The position numbers were made by a program, and so were the translations under genes. Under the pieces are notes generated by a model, which was not told the DNA's origin, searched no databases, and saw only the letters and a program-made list of their open reading frames with translations. Below, piece by piece: positions 22,396 through 32,650 of a DNA stretch of 40,971 nucleotides (positions within the stretch are counted from its first letter, which is position 1; each line of letters opens with the position of its first letter). This stretch comes from a virus (Duplodnaviria > Caudoviricetes), in IMG/VR virus record IMGVR_UViG_3300044976_000016, positions 1-40,971 of that record; one strand, written 5' to 3'.

Positions 22396-24713
22396 CCGAT
22401 TCCTACGGCAGCCTGTCCGAAGACCGCGCCGAGGCGCTTGACCGCTATCTAGGCAAGCCCTACGGCAACGAGATTGAGGGCCGCTCGGCGGTTGTCTCTC
22501 GTGACGTATGGGATACCGTCGAGTGGATCAAGCCGCAGATTGCCGACGTTTTCTGTGGCGGTGAGCAGGTTGTCGCCTTCAGCCCAACCGGCCCGCAGGA
22601 CGTAAAGGCCGCGGAGCAGGAAACCGAGGTCGTTAACCACATCGTTACCGAGAAGAACGAGTGGTTCACATTGTTCGGCGGCTGGCAGCACGATGCGCTG
22701 CTCCAAAAGGTCGGCTATGTGCTGGCCTACTGGGACGAGAAGGAAGACAGGACGGTAGAGCAGTACAAGTGTCTGTCTGCCGACGAGTTGGCGATGATCC
22801 TGTCGGATTCCTCGGTCAGTGTCACAGAGGCAGAGATTGAGGAAGGGCCGTACGGGCGCGAATACTCGATCAAGCTGCAGCGGGTCAAGAACTACGGCTG
22901 TGTCCGCATCGAGAACGTCGCGCCCGAGAAGGTGCTTGTCTCGCACAACGCCCGCAATCTGAGCCTGCAAGACCCGCGGCTCGATTTCGTCGAGTACATC
23001 GAGCACAAGACCATTTCCGAGCTTCGCGACGAGGGTTTCAAGGTCGAGGACGACCTGAGCGACCACGCTTCGACAACGCAGGATTGGGCCGACAACGAGC
23101 GGGACGAGGCGAACCCATTCCGGAATCAGGAGGACGGCGAGTCTTCTCCTGCTTCTAGAAGGCTCAAGGTCCGCAACGTCTGGATTCGCCACGACAGCGA
23201 CGACGACGGAAGGACCGAGCTGCGGCGGGTTGTGGTTGTTGGAACGACGATCCTGCTGGATGAGGACGCCGATCAGGTCACGCTGGTAGCCCTGTGCCCG
23301 ATCATGCTGCCGCACCAGCACAGCGGGCAGTCTGTTGCCGATGCGGTGATGGACTTGGAGAAGATCAAGACGGCGCTCCTTCGGGGCGCTCTCGATAACG
23401 TTTACCTCGCAAACAACGGCCGGCATGCGATCAATGTAAAGAACGTCAACCTAGACGACATGCTGGTTAGTCGTCCTGGTGGCGTGGTTCGCGTTGACGG
23501 AGTGCCTGGCGAAAACATCTTACCGCTACAGCACTCCACGACAGGGCAGGTTGCCATCCCGATGTTGGAGTACGTTGACCGGATCGCGCAGAAGCGCACC
23601 GGGGTCAGCGAGGCGATGCAGGGCCTGAACCCAAACGCGCTGAACAACTCGATGGGCGCGCAGACCAATATGGCGATGGTCACGGCTGCTCAGCAGCGGA
23701 TCAAGTTCATCGCCCGGACGTTCGCGGAAACCGGGGTCAAGAGCCTATATCGCATCGTCCATGCGCTGACCTCGAAGCACGCCAAGCAGCCGATGACGCT
23801 GCAACTGCGCGAGCAGTGGGTCGCTGTCGATCCCAGGGAGTGGGTCAAGCGCGAGGATTTCTCAATTTCCATCGACAACGGCGACAGAGGGACGGCCGTG
23901 GCGATGCTCGAAAAGGTGATGATGGCGCAGATGCAGGCGATGGCCGCCGGGCTGACATCCCCCCCGAAGATGTTCAACGCTTTGAAGCGGTGGACGCAAA
24001 AGATGGGCTACCGCGACCCGCTGGAGTTTTGGGACGACCCGGCCACGAAGCCGCCAGCCCCGCCGCAGCCGCCCATTGAACTGCTCAAAGTGCAGGCGCA
24101 GGGCCAACAACAGGCGCAAATCGAGCAGATGCGCCTACAGGCCGAAGCGCAACTCAAGGCGCGCGAGCACGACCTCAAGATGCGCGAGATCGAAGCGAAT
24201 CTCGCCCTGCAGCAGTCCAACGACATCCGCGACAGCCAGCGCGAGCAGATGAAAGCCGAGGTTCAGGCGATGCTTGAGCGCGAGCGGATTCAACTCGATC
24301 AGTGGAAGGCGCAGCTAGAGGCCGCAGTGACGCAGCAGACCACGGAGCAGAACAACGCCACCAAGCTCCAGATTGCCGGCATCCAGCAGGAAGCGCAGGC
24401 GCAGTCCGAGGTTCTGAGGATCGGCCACGAGGCCACGCAGAAGCACGAGGACAGGGCGCATCAATTGATGCAGTCAGAGAAGCAAGCGCAGCAGCAGGAT
24501 AAGCAGGCCAAGCAGGAGGCCGAAGTGAGCAATCCGGAGCCGGACCCGCGTGTCGAGCAACTTATCGAAATGATGCGCCAGATGCAAGAGGAAATGAACG
24601 CGCCGGCCGAGATTGTCAGGGACGCGCTTGGCAAGGCTGTAGGCGTCAAGCGGGGCTCGCGCACGCGCGAGGTGGTGAGGGACGAGAGCGGTCGGGCCAT
24701 TGGGCTCGCCTGA
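22347..24713 (+). CDS. Portal protein (P22-like, long Gln-rich C-terminal coiled coil)
   Basis: GNEIEGRS.VVS.DV.DTVEW…DALLQKVG…RTGVS; position after terL. Confidence 0.9.
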   Translation: MANETLLAAIERHETLADSYGSLSEDRAEALDRYLGKPYGNEIEGRSAVVSRDVWDTVEWIKPQIADVFCGGEQVVAFSPTGPQDVKAAEQETEVVNHIVTEKNEWFTLFGGWQHDALLQKVGYVLAYWDEKEDRTVEQYKCLSADELAMILSDSSVSVTEAEIEEGPYGREYSIKLQRVKNYGCVRIENVAPEKVLVSHNARNLSLQDPRLDFVEYIEHKTISELRDEGFKVEDDLSDHASTTQDWADNERDEANPFRNQEDGESSPASRRLKVRNVWIRHDSDDDGRTELRRVVVVGTTILLDEDADQVTLVALCPIMLPHQHSGQSVADAVMDLEKIKTALLRGALDNVYLANNGRHAINVKNVNLDDMLVSRPGGVVRVDGVPGENILPLQHSTTGQVAIPMLEYVDRIAQKRTGVSEAMQGLNPNALNNSMGAQTNMAMVTAAQQRIKFIARTFAETGVKSLYRIVHALTSKHAKQPMTLQLREQWVAVDPREWVKREDFSISIDNGDRGTAVAMLEKVMMAQMQAMAAGLTSPPKMFNALKRWTQKMGYRDPLEFWDDPATKPPAPPQPPIELLKVQAQGQQQAQIEQMRLQAEAQLKAREHDLKMREIEANLALQQSNDIRDSQREQMKAEVQAMLERERIQLDQWKAQLEAAVTQQTTEQNNATKLQIAGIQQEAQAQSEVLRIGHEATQKHEDRAHQLMQSEKQAQQQDKQAKQEAEVSNPEPDPRVEQLIEMMRQMQEEMNAPAEIVRDALGKAVGVKRGSRTREVVRDESGRAIGLA

Positions 24714-24723
24714 AGGGAAGACG

Positions 24724-24876
24724 ATGAGCGACGAACAGAAACCGGCCGATCTGCAGGCGCAACCGGCCGTCTTGACGGCCACGATCCAGATCGTGCGCGC
24801 GAAGACCGGCGGGGTCGAGACATACGAGATTGTCGGCACGCCGATTGAGCAACCGAAACCGAAGGAGGCCGAGTAA
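24724..24876 (+). CDS. Small hypothetical protein (MSDEQKPADLQ…)
   Basis: Read manually; RBS present; TAATG coupling. Confidence 0.5.
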   Translation: MSDEQKPADLQAQPAVLTATIQIVRAKTGGVETYEIVGTPIEQPKPKEAE

Positions 24877-25262
24877 TGGCCGTCACCCACTCCACGGCGA
24901 TGCGCAACACGTTTGCCGATGCCGTCACGACTGCGCTCGGGACTTCCCCGAAACTCAAGTTCCGCCTATCCGGCACCGTTGCATCGCCTGGCACGGCTGC
25001 GGCGACGCTGACCATGAGTGCGACGCCATTTCCGGGTGCGTCAGGCGGGGCGATGACGGCCAACGCGATCACCAGCGACACGAACGCAACAGGGAACGCG
25101 ACGGCGGTTGCGAACGCGACGCTCGAAACGTCGGCTGGCACGGTGGTTGTTCACTGCGCGGTGGCCGCGAGTTCGAGCGACATCAACATGACGGGCGGGC
25201 TCACCATCGGAGCGGGCGATACGGTGTCGTGCTCGTCGCTGACTTACACGGCTTGTCCGTAG
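24876..25262 (+). CDS. Putative virion accessory/decoration protein
   Basis: Thr/Ala/Ser-rich beta protein; SD AGGAGG. Confidence 0.6.
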   Translation: MAVTHSTAMRNTFADAVTTALGTSPKLKFRLSGTVASPGTAAATLTMSATPFPGASGGAMTANAITSDTNATGNATAVANATLETSAGTVVVHCAVAASSSDINMTGGLTIGAGDTVSCSSLTYTACP

Positions 25263-25273
25263 GGGGGGGCGCC

Positions 25274-25813
25274 ATGATCCGCCGCATCATCCTCTCTGCT
25301 CTCCTGCTGCTGGCGCTGCCGGCGTGGGCGCAGCTCACCTCGGCGCAGCTTGCGACGCTGAAGACTGCGATTCTTGCGGACCCTGCGCTCTCGTCGCAGC
25401 CGCTGACCTCGGCCGGTGCGCAGACGATTGCCGATGCGTTCAACGCGCAGGCATCCCCGGCGTTCACGGTCTGGAAGACCAGCGTTACGGTTCGTGAAAC
25501 CGGACAAGTCTTCGACGGCACCGAATGGGCCGGCATGACGAGCGCCAATCACACACGCCTGCAGACGGTGGCTCAGTACCTCGCGTCCTACAACGCGGGC
25601 GTTGCAGGCATCCGGGCGATGTTCAATGACATTTGGTCGGGTGCCGGTGGGACGAACACCCGTGCGGCGCTGCTGGTGCTGTGGAAGCGCACGGCCACGC
25701 GAGCCGAGAAGTTGTTTGCCACGGGGACGGGATCGGACGCAGCGCCGGCAACGCTGGTCTTCGAGGGTCGGCTGTCCTCTGACACCGTGCAGGCCGCGCG
25801 AGAACTGCCGTAA
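25274..25813 (+). CDS. Hypothetical protein with signal-peptide-like N-terminus
   Basis: MIRRIILSALLLLALPAWA|QLTSAQLATLK…KRTATRAEKLFATGTG. Confidence 0.65.
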   Translation: MIRRIILSALLLLALPAWAQLTSAQLATLKTAILADPALSSQPLTSAGAQTIADAFNAQASPAFTVWKTSVTVRETGQVFDGTEWAGMTSANHTRLQTVAQYLASYNAGVAGIRAMFNDIWSGAGGTNTRAALLVLWKRTATRAEKLFATGTGSDAAPATLVFEGRLSSDTVQAARELP

Positions 25814-25822
25814 GGGGGCGAC

Positions 25823-26347
25823 ATGGCCGGCAACATCACGATCAACTATGCGGCCAGTTCGGCTCTAACGGTCACGAACCTGCACAGCCTCGCGTCGTCG
25901 CAGGATTGGACGGCCGGGTGGACAAGCGCGAGCACGGTCAACACGTCGAACAAGTACCTCGACTATGCCTATGGCATGACGTTCACCACGCATGCCTCGA
26001 ATCGTCAGGCAGGCACGATCAATATCTACGTCATCGCCTCGCTGAACGACACGCCGACCTGGCCGGCGACGGCCTCGGGCACCATCGGCACCGAGGGTGC
26101 GCTGTCCTTTACCGACACCGAAGAACGCGACACCCTATGTCGGCTGCTCGGCTCAATCACGGTGGACAACACCGCGAGCGCGATCTACACATTCCCTCAG
26201 ACGGGCATCGCGCAGTTGTTCGGCGGCATCGTGCCGACGCATCACGCGATCTACATCGCGCAGAACTGCTCAACCACGACAACGGCGGGCTTCGCGTCGT
26301 CGGGGAGCGCGGTCTATCAGACCCCGGTCTTCGCGGCCTACACCTGA
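25823..26347 (+). CDS. Putative virion accessory protein
   Basis: Thr/Ser-rich beta protein within the head module. Confidence 0.6.
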   Translation: MAGNITINYAASSALTVTNLHSLASSQDWTAGWTSASTVNTSNKYLDYAYGMTFTTHASNRQAGTINIYVIASLNDTPTWPATASGTIGTEGALSFTDTEERDTLCRLLGSITVDNTASAIYTFPQTGIAQLFGGIVPTHHAIYIAQNCSTTTTAGFASSGSAVYQTPVFAAYT

Positions 26348-26366
26348 CCTAAACGGCTGACGCGCC

Positions 26367-27758
26367 GTGACGCTCATCCTACAGCGGCCATGGACGCGGC
26401 AGCCACAGACGCCTGTCGGCGTCAACTGGCGTAGCCCACTCGCGCGGGCTTTGGTGCTGGCGTGGACGCCTACGGGCGGTGACGTAGCCAGAGGCTCCAC
26501 AGCTCTCACGCTCAACGGTAACGCGGCCCGAAAGGCTGGCCCCGCCGGCATCGCCGTGTCCGGAATCACGGCAATCAACGACTTCCTGGCGCTGCCCGAC
26601 ATGACGGGCGTCCTGGGTAGCCGTTGGTCGGTTGCGATGGTGCTGCGGACGGCCAGCACGAACAATCAGGGCTTCGGCGATATGTCGTCGGTGCATGCTT
26701 CGGCAGAGCACTATCCATTCAGCGGCGACCCCTACATCACTTTTGGATCAGAAACTAGGTTTCAGGTCACGTTTCCAAGCGGCGTGGCATTGACTAGTCC
26801 CCACTGCCTTGTGGGGGCAATGGATGCCAACGGTGTCGGGAACAATGCTTATGCCTACGTGAACGGCGCCGCGTGTAACCTGAATGGATACACGCCTGGG
26901 GGCACAAACCACGCCTGGACGTCCGGTCGATATATCGGATACAAGACCGGAGACTTTGCGGCGTGGGATGGTGAGGTCTATGCCATCTTCGCGTGGAACC
27001 GGCAGTTGCCTACAAGTGAGGCGATAGAGGTTTCACGGAACCCTTGGCAACTATTCGTTCCGCTCAGGCGCCGCTTGTGGGTGCCGAGCGCTGGCGGTGC
27101 CGCAACGCACACGACGACAGGGGCGCTTGCCGCTGATGCGGCGACAGTAGCCGGCACCGCGACGCACCTGACGCTGCACGCGACAACCGGGGCGCTGGCA
27201 GCACAAGCGGCCACGGTATCAGGCACATCGGTTCACCCGCACACTACGACGGGCGCTCTGACGGCGCAGGCGGCAACGCTGTCAGGCACCGCCGCGCACG
27301 CGACGCTGCACACCACGACTGGCGCGCTTTCGGCTGCCGCGGCGACTGTTGCGGGCGCAGCGGTTCATCCCCACACGACGACCGGCGCCCTTGCCGCTGA
27401 TGCCGCGACTGTCGCAGGCACGGCGGGCCACACCGCGACCACACACCCGACGACGGGCGCTTTGCAGGCGGGGGAAGCGCAGATCAGCGGCACGGCGGCG
27501 CACGTAGGCGCCAGCACGGCCCGCGGCGGATATTTCAGGTTTGCCCGTCGCCGCAATTACATCATCGCCGGCAAGCGATACCACGACCTCACCCCCGAGG
27601 AAGTCGCGCAGATCGTGGCCGAATTGAGCCTGGTCCGGGAAGAAGTCAAAGTCGTTCCCGCGGCCAAGAAACCGCACGTCGTCAGCAAGGCCCAATGGGC
27701 CGAAATCAAGGCTGTCGAGGTGTATGACGACGACGAGGACGTTTTGCTACTTCTATGA
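26367..27758 (+). CDS. Putative head fibre: LamG/ConA-like domain plus H-T-T-T-G-A-L repeat stalk
   Basis: AYVNG…IG…WDGEV…AWNRQL…NPWQLF lectin-like pattern; ~7 repeats of H.TTGAL.A.AAT..G. Confidence 0.65.
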   Translation: MTLILQRPWTRQPQTPVGVNWRSPLARALVLAWTPTGGDVARGSTALTLNGNAARKAGPAGIAVSGITAINDFLALPDMTGVLGSRWSVAMVLRTASTNNQGFGDMSSVHASAEHYPFSGDPYITFGSETRFQVTFPSGVALTSPHCLVGAMDANGVGNNAYAYVNGAACNLNGYTPGGTNHAWTSGRYIGYKTGDFAAWDGEVYAIFAWNRQLPTSEAIEVSRNPWQLFVPLRRRLWVPSAGGAATHTTTGALAADAATVAGTATHLTLHATTGALAAQAATVSGTSVHPHTTTGALTAQAATLSGTAAHATLHTTTGALSAAAATVAGAAVHPHTTTGALAADAATVAGTAGHTATTHPTTGALQAGEAQISGTAAHVGASTARGGYFRFARRRNYIIAGKRYHDLTPEEVAQIVAELSLVREEVKVVPAAKKPHVVSKAQWAEIKAVEVYDDDEDVLLLL

Positions 27759-28045
27759 CACCAGACGACGAACTGAGGCGCGCCGAGCGTGCAGAGCGGC
27801 TTTTCAACGACCCGCTGATGCAGGAGGCGCTAAAGCACCTCGAATCCGAGTGCGTGCGCCTGTTTCACGAGTGCCCGCCATCGGACGCTCAGACCCTCGC
27901 TGCGGTGAAGTCCATGGATTACTTCAGGGTCAAATTCGAAGCGTTTTTCCGGCAGGCGCTGGCTAATGGCAAGCTGGCAAAGGCCGAAATCGAGCGGAAA
28001 TCGCTCGCACAACGCGCGAAAGATGTAATTCGCCGCGTTTCCTGA
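27755..28045 (+). CDS. Small protein preceding the scaffold gene
   Basis: RAERAERLFNDPL pattern; usual position in podovirus head modules. Confidence 0.65.
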   Translation: MTPDDELRRAERAERLFNDPLMQEALKHLESECVRLFHECPPSDAQTLAAVKSMDYFRVKFEAFFRQALANGKLAKAEIERKSLAQRAKDVIRRVS

Positions 28046-28058
28046 TAGGATTTGAGTT

Positions 28059-29021
28059 ATGGACCAAACGACCACGCCGGAAACGGAAGTCGGCCCCCTT
28101 GACGAACAAGGGGCGGTTAATGAATTGCTCAGGCGGTGGTCAAAGCCTGAGCCGGAAGCGGTAGAGAGGCCGGAAGCAACACCGGAACCCGAGCAGGCGC
28201 AAGCCGACGCTCCGGTCGAGGCAGATGCGCCGGAAGAACCCGCTGCCGAGGCCGATTTCGAGTTTGACGTTGGGGGCAAGAAATTCAAGCTCCCCAAAGC
28301 TCTCGAAGAAACGCTTCGTCCCATTTCGGCGACGGTCAAAGAGATCGAAGCCGGCGCGACGCGGAAGTTTCAAGAAGCCGCCGATGCTCGAAAGGCCGTA
28401 GAAGCCGAGAGGGCCGCTGTCGCCCAGATGCGCAAGATCGCCGAGACGCAAGCCGATTTGCTTGCCGATCACAAGGCGATTGCGCGGCGCATGCAGGCCA
28501 TCGAGGAAGTCGATATCCACGCCACGGATGCCGACACCCTAGCCCGCCACAACGCGGAATACACCCGCCTCAGCGCTGCCAGGCAGCGGATCGAAGCGGC
28601 TTTCCACCACGGTGTTCAAACGATGCAGCAGCAGGAAGCCCAGGCTCTCCGTGCGCGGCAGGAGCACGCTGAACGTGTGGTAAGCCAGCGGATCAAGGGG
28701 TGGGGGCCTGACCTGCAAAAGGAACTGGCCGAGTACGCAGTGAGTCGCGGGGCGCCTGTGGAGGCGTTGAACTCGATCACCGAGCCATGGATGGTGGAAA
28801 TCCTCGCGGATGCCTCATACGGCCGGAAGATGCGGGAGCACAAAGCCACGGTTGAAAAGCGCGTCGTGCAGACGCAACCGACGCTGCGCCCAGGCGCGGC
28901 GGCATCACAACCTAGGGCTGAGAAACAGGCCGCGGAAGCGATGGACCGACTGAAGAAGTCCGGTCATCCCGACGATGCAGTCGCCGCGCTTCTGGCTCGG
29001 TCCATGAATCGAAGGAAATGA
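28059..29021 (+). CDS. Capsid scaffolding protein
   Basis: Acidic Pro/Glu N-terminus, helical body, RLKKSG..DDA C-terminus; directly before the capsid gene. Confidence 0.8.
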   Translation: MDQTTTPETEVGPLDEQGAVNELLRRWSKPEPEAVERPEATPEPEQAQADAPVEADAPEEPAAEADFEFDVGGKKFKLPKALEETLRPISATVKEIEAGATRKFQEAADARKAVEAERAAVAQMRKIAETQADLLADHKAIARRMQAIEEVDIHATDADTLARHNAEYTRLSAARQRIEAAFHHGVQTMQQQEAQALRARQEHAERVVSQRIKGWGPDLQKELAEYAVSRGAPVEALNSITEPWMVEILADASYGRKMREHKATVEKRVVQTQPTLRPGAAASQPRAEKQAAEAMDRLKKSGHPDDAVAALLARSMNRRK

Positions 29022-29024
29022 ATC

Positions 29025-30008
29025 ATGGCTCAAGCAGCCGGTACTACCGACACCTATGACCTCGTAGGTCTCGCGGAAGACGTTGAAGACGTGATCTTCA
29101 ACATCTCCCCCACCGAAACGCCCCTGTTGTCGGGCTTCAAGCGCGAAAAGGCGACGGCGACGCTGCACCAGTGGCAGACAGACAGCCTGGCATCGGCCGG
29201 CGCGAACAAGTTCGCCGAGGGTGACGACAGCACGTATGCGACGGCGACGCCGACGACCATGCTGACGAACCAGCTGCAAATCTCGAAGAAGACCGTCATG
29301 GTCTCCGGGACTGCAGACGCGGTGCGCAAGTACGGCCGCAAGGAAGAATTCGCGTACCAGCTCACCAAGCGCGGACGCGAACTGAAGCGCGACATCGAGT
29401 ACACGATCAGCCGCGATCAGGCGTCGTCCTCGGGCTCGGCGAACCAGACTCGCCAGATGGCTGGCATCGAGGCGATGATCGCCGGCAACCGCATTGTGTC
29501 CTCGGGCAACACCACGGGCACGACCCCCGGTTACGCCTCGGGAGCGTGGGGCGCGGTCACTGACGGCACCTCTGGCAACCTGGACGAAACGACGTTCCTG
29601 TCGGCCCTGGAAGCGGCCTGGGTGGACGGCGGCGACCCGAGCGAGGTGTACTGCGGTTCGTTCCAGAAGCGCAAGATCGCCGCCTTCTCTGGCGCGACGA
29701 AGTATGCGGGCGTCAGCGTCAACCAAGACCGCAGCGGCCGGCAGTCGCAGGGCGTGATCGTCGGCGGCATCGACCTGTACATCTCCGACTTCGGGGAGCA
29801 CAAGATCATGTTGCATCGGTACATGAAGACGAACACGATCCTGTGTCTCGACCCCGACTACTGGGCGACGGCATGGCTGCGGCCGATCCGGTTCGAAGAG
29901 CGGGCCAAGACGGGCGACGCGACGCGGGGCGAACTGCTCTGCGAGTGGACGCTTGTGGGCCGCAACCCGGACAGTTCGGCCAAGGTGCAGGGCCTGCAGG
30001 CTTCCTGA
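29025..30008 (+). CDS. Major capsid protein (DUF5309/SU10-like)
   Basis: EDV.DVI.NISPTETP…HQWQTDSL…EG.D…N..QI…ELKRDIE…Y.SDFG…KTGD. Confidence 0.9.
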   Translation: MAQAAGTTDTYDLVGLAEDVEDVIFNISPTETPLLSGFKREKATATLHQWQTDSLASAGANKFAEGDDSTYATATPTTMLTNQLQISKKTVMVSGTADAVRKYGRKEEFAYQLTKRGRELKRDIEYTISRDQASSSGSANQTRQMAGIEAMIAGNRIVSSGNTTGTTPGYASGAWGAVTDGTSGNLDETTFLSALEAAWVDGGDPSEVYCGSFQKRKIAAFSGATKYAGVSVNQDRSGRQSQGVIVGGIDLYISDFGEHKIMLHRYMKTNTILCLDPDYWATAWLRPIRFEERAKTGDATRGELLCEWTLVGRNPDSSAKVQGLQAS

Positions 30009-30042
30009 TCTCCTCCCCCTGCCTGCAATGGGCAGTTGCCAC

Positions 30043-30076
30043 AAGGGGCCGGGCCAACAACTCGGCCCCTTTTTTT
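30043..30076 (+). terminator. Rho-independent terminator after the capsid gene
   Basis: AGGGGCCGGG-CCAACAA-CTCGGCCCCT followed by a T run. Confidence 0.8.
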
Positions 30077-30077
30077 A

Positions 30078-30404
30078 ATGAAGATCGCAGAGAGCACGAT
30101 CAGCGACACTGGCCTGAAAACGACCATCGGGTTTCAGGACGAAAAGCTCGTTGTTTCATACGAGCAGGATGTCGAGCCGTCGCTTGACTACGCAACCGCT
30201 TTGCGGAATTCGACCGACTACAGTAAGCAGGGCATCAAGGATGGCCTGTGGCATACGGTCCACATTCCAGAGAGCGTGTGCCTGCAAATGATGGTCGAGG
30301 ACGGATTCGACCCGTACAAGAGCCCGGCCAGCGAACTTAGAAAGTTCCTCGTTCGCAACCGGGCCAAGTATTCGCGGCTGTTCACCACGGGGGGCAAGGT
30401 TTGA
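30078..30404 (+). CDS. Phage protein following the capsid gene
   Basis: QDVEP…HIPES…; usual position. Confidence 0.65.
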   Translation: MKIAESTISDTGLKTTIGFQDEKLVVSYEQDVEPSLDYATALRNSTDYSKQGIKDGLWHTVHIPESVCLQMMVEDGFDPYKSPASELRKFLVRNRAKYSRLFTTGGKV

Positions 30405-30640
30405 GCGAGTACGAGCTAATTCACGTATCGCCGTCAGACGACGATTCGCGGCTTATTGAGGCGCTGAAACAGTACAAGGCAGCCGAATCGTTTGAACAGG
30501 AGTTGGCAGCCATTGACATGATTTCTTCGTTGATTCGCAGGAGCGCTTACGAGCGTTGCGCGGCCATCGCAGAGGATTACGACTCGTGGGACGTAAATCC
30601 TGCAAGCAACATTGCAGACAGAATCCGCGCACTGAAATGA
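30401..30640 (+). CDS. Small hypothetical protein (ERCAAIAE…IADRIRALK)
   Basis: Overlaps both neighbours by 4 bp. Confidence 0.5.
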   Translation: MSEYELIHVSPSDDDSRLIEALKQYKAAESFEQELAAIDMISSLIRRSAYERCAAIAEDYDSWDVNPASNIADRIRALK

Positions 30641-32097
30641 GCGAGTACGCCGAACTTTCCAAGCTGATTGACGATGACCCGGACGAGGCGGTCAAGCTGG
30701 CAACCGACAAGCTCAACGAGAACCCAGACGATGCCTTGAGCCTGTTCGTGATCGCGGAGGCGTATTCACGAGCCGAGCGGTTTGGGCTCGCGGCGAATCT
30801 GTACCAGCGGATCACGCAACTCCGACCGGATCGGCTGGAGCCGTGGAACAACCTCGGGATGTGCTATTCCGGGCTCAATCTGGATCACAAGGCCCGCGAA
30901 GCGTTCATGCAGGCGCACCGGGTGGACCCGGCCAGCCACCTCCCTACGGCAAACCTCGCGATGGCGGCTTTCCAGGCCGGGGACATCCCGCAGGCAATCA
31001 GTTGGTGCAAGAAGACGCTTGCCATTGAACCGGAGTCTCGGGCCGCGCAGTCAACCCTGTCCCTGTGCCAGCTCTCCAGAGGCGAATGGGAGGATGGTTT
31101 CAGGAACTACCAAGCCAGTTTGGGCGGCAAGTTCCGCAAGATCAACAAGTATCGGCCCGGCGACGATAACGAACCGTTTTGGGATGGCACTCCCGGTAAA
31201 TCGGTGGTGGTTTATGGGGAGCAGGGTATCGGCGACGAAATCATGTTCTCGTCGTGCATTCTTGATGCAGAGAAAACCTGCTCGACGGTGATTCTGGAAT
31301 GCGACCACAGGCTTACAAACCTGTTCAAGCGGTCATTCCCGAATGTCCACGTTTACGGAACGCGCCGGCAAAAGGAAGGCGTGACGTGGATTGCCGAGGA
31401 AACGATTGACTACTCAATTCCAATTGGGCAGTTGCCTCAGTTTTTCAGAAAGTCCCCGCAGGACTGCCCAGGAATGCCTTACCTGACGGCCGATCCCGAA
31501 AGGCGCACGCAATGGCGTGCTTTGTTCGATTCGTGGGGGCCGAAACCGAAAATCGGCATTTGCTGGTCAGGCGGCACAAAAGCGAACAGGCTTAAAGAAA
31601 GAGCAATCGGGTTGCAGGCATTTAAGCCGCTGTTCGAGGCAATTGACGCCGATTGGGTAAGCCTGCAATACAAAGACCCGACGAAGGAAATTCGTGAGTC
31701 GGGGTTTCACGTGAAGCACTTCAAACGCGCATGTGAAACCGACGACTATGACGATACCGCGGCGTTGATCGCGGAACTGGATATGGTGATTGGCGTACAC
31801 ACTGCCGCGCACCATATGGCCGGGGCTCTAGGAGTCCCGGGGATCGTACTCGTGCCCTCTAAGACGATCTGGATTTACGAGCTTGACTCCTTGCCTTGGT
31901 ACAGGTCGGCCACCTTGTGCAAACAGAAGAAAGGCGAGACGTGGCCACAGACGTTAAAGAGGCTTGCAAATGATCCCTGTTTGGGTGGGCTACGATCCCA
32001 GAGAGGCGGTGGCGTTCCACGTCTTCACCCAGTCGCTGATTCAGCACGCAACGAAACCCGTATCGGTCAAACCGATGGCGTTGCACTTGCTGCGTGA
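30637..32097 (+). CDS. TPR-repeat protein with GT-B (GT9-like) glycosyltransferase domain
   Basis: TPRs (PWNNLGMCY…), then EQGIGDEIMF, IGICWSGG, WVSLQY, DTAALIAELDMVI…HMAGALG, PWY. Confidence 0.8.
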   Translation: MSEYAELSKLIDDDPDEAVKLATDKLNENPDDALSLFVIAEAYSRAERFGLAANLYQRITQLRPDRLEPWNNLGMCYSGLNLDHKAREAFMQAHRVDPASHLPTANLAMAAFQAGDIPQAISWCKKTLAIEPESRAAQSTLSLCQLSRGEWEDGFRNYQASLGGKFRKINKYRPGDDNEPFWDGTPGKSVVVYGEQGIGDEIMFSSCILDAEKTCSTVILECDHRLTNLFKRSFPNVHVYGTRRQKEGVTWIAEETIDYSIPIGQLPQFFRKSPQDCPGMPYLTADPERRTQWRALFDSWGPKPKIGICWSGGTKANRLKERAIGLQAFKPLFEAIDADWVSLQYKDPTKEIRESGFHVKHFKRACETDDYDDTAALIAELDMVIGVHTAAHHMAGALGVPGIVLVPSKTIWIYELDSLPWYRSATLCKQKKGETWPQTLKRLANDPCLGGLRSQRGGGVPRLHPVADSARNETRIGQTDGVALAA

Positions 32098-32650
32098 CTA
32101 CGAAGAAACGCACACCGACGGCTCCAACCAGTTCATTTACTCTCGGTTTCTTGTCCCATACATGATGGGGTTCAAGGGCTGGGCGGTGTTTTGCGATGGC
32201 GATATGGTCGTCAAGGACGACATTGCAAAACTTTGGGCGCTGCGCTCCGACGAGTATGGGGCCATGGTTGTAAAGCACGATTACCAGTCGAAGCACAGGA
32301 CAAAGTATGTCGGCACTTCGATGGAAACCATCAATCCGAATTACCCGCGGAAGAACTGGTCATCGGTGATCCTGTGGAACTGCGAGCACCCGGCAAACCT
32401 GATTCTGACTCCTGAATATGTCCGGGCGCATCCTGGATCGGTGCTGCACCGGTTCTCGCATTTGCTGGAGTCGGAACTCGGAGAACTGCCGAAGGAATGG
32501 AACTGGCTTGTCGGTGAGTATCCCGAAAACCCCGATGCCAAGCTGATTCATTACACGCTCGGGATTCCGGCAATCGAGGCGTACAAGGATTGCGAGCACG
32601 CGCGGGAATGGCGTGAGGCGATGAAGGCCGCGACGGAGGTGCAAACGTGA
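31970..32650 (+). CDS. GT-A fold glycosyltransferase (GT8-like)
   Basis: GYDPRE…SRFLVP…FCDGDM (DxD)…KNWSSV…EWNWLV…HYTLG.P. Confidence 0.8.
   Translation: MIPVWVGYDPREAVAFHVFTQSLIQHATKPVSVKPMALHLLRDYEETHTDGSNQFIYSRFLVPYMMGFKGWAVFCDGDMVVKDDIAKLWALRSDEYGAMVVKHDYQSKHRTKYVGTSMETINPNYPRKNWSSVILWNCEHPANLILTPEYVRAHPGSVLHRFSHLLESELGELPKEWNWLVGEYPENPDAKLIHYTLGIPAIEAYKDCEHAREWREAMKAATEVQT

Noticed and set aside
22449-30044. Long minus-strand ORFs (22449..23426, 28905..30044) opposite portal and capsid
   Set aside because: Antisense shadows caused by high-GC codon bias
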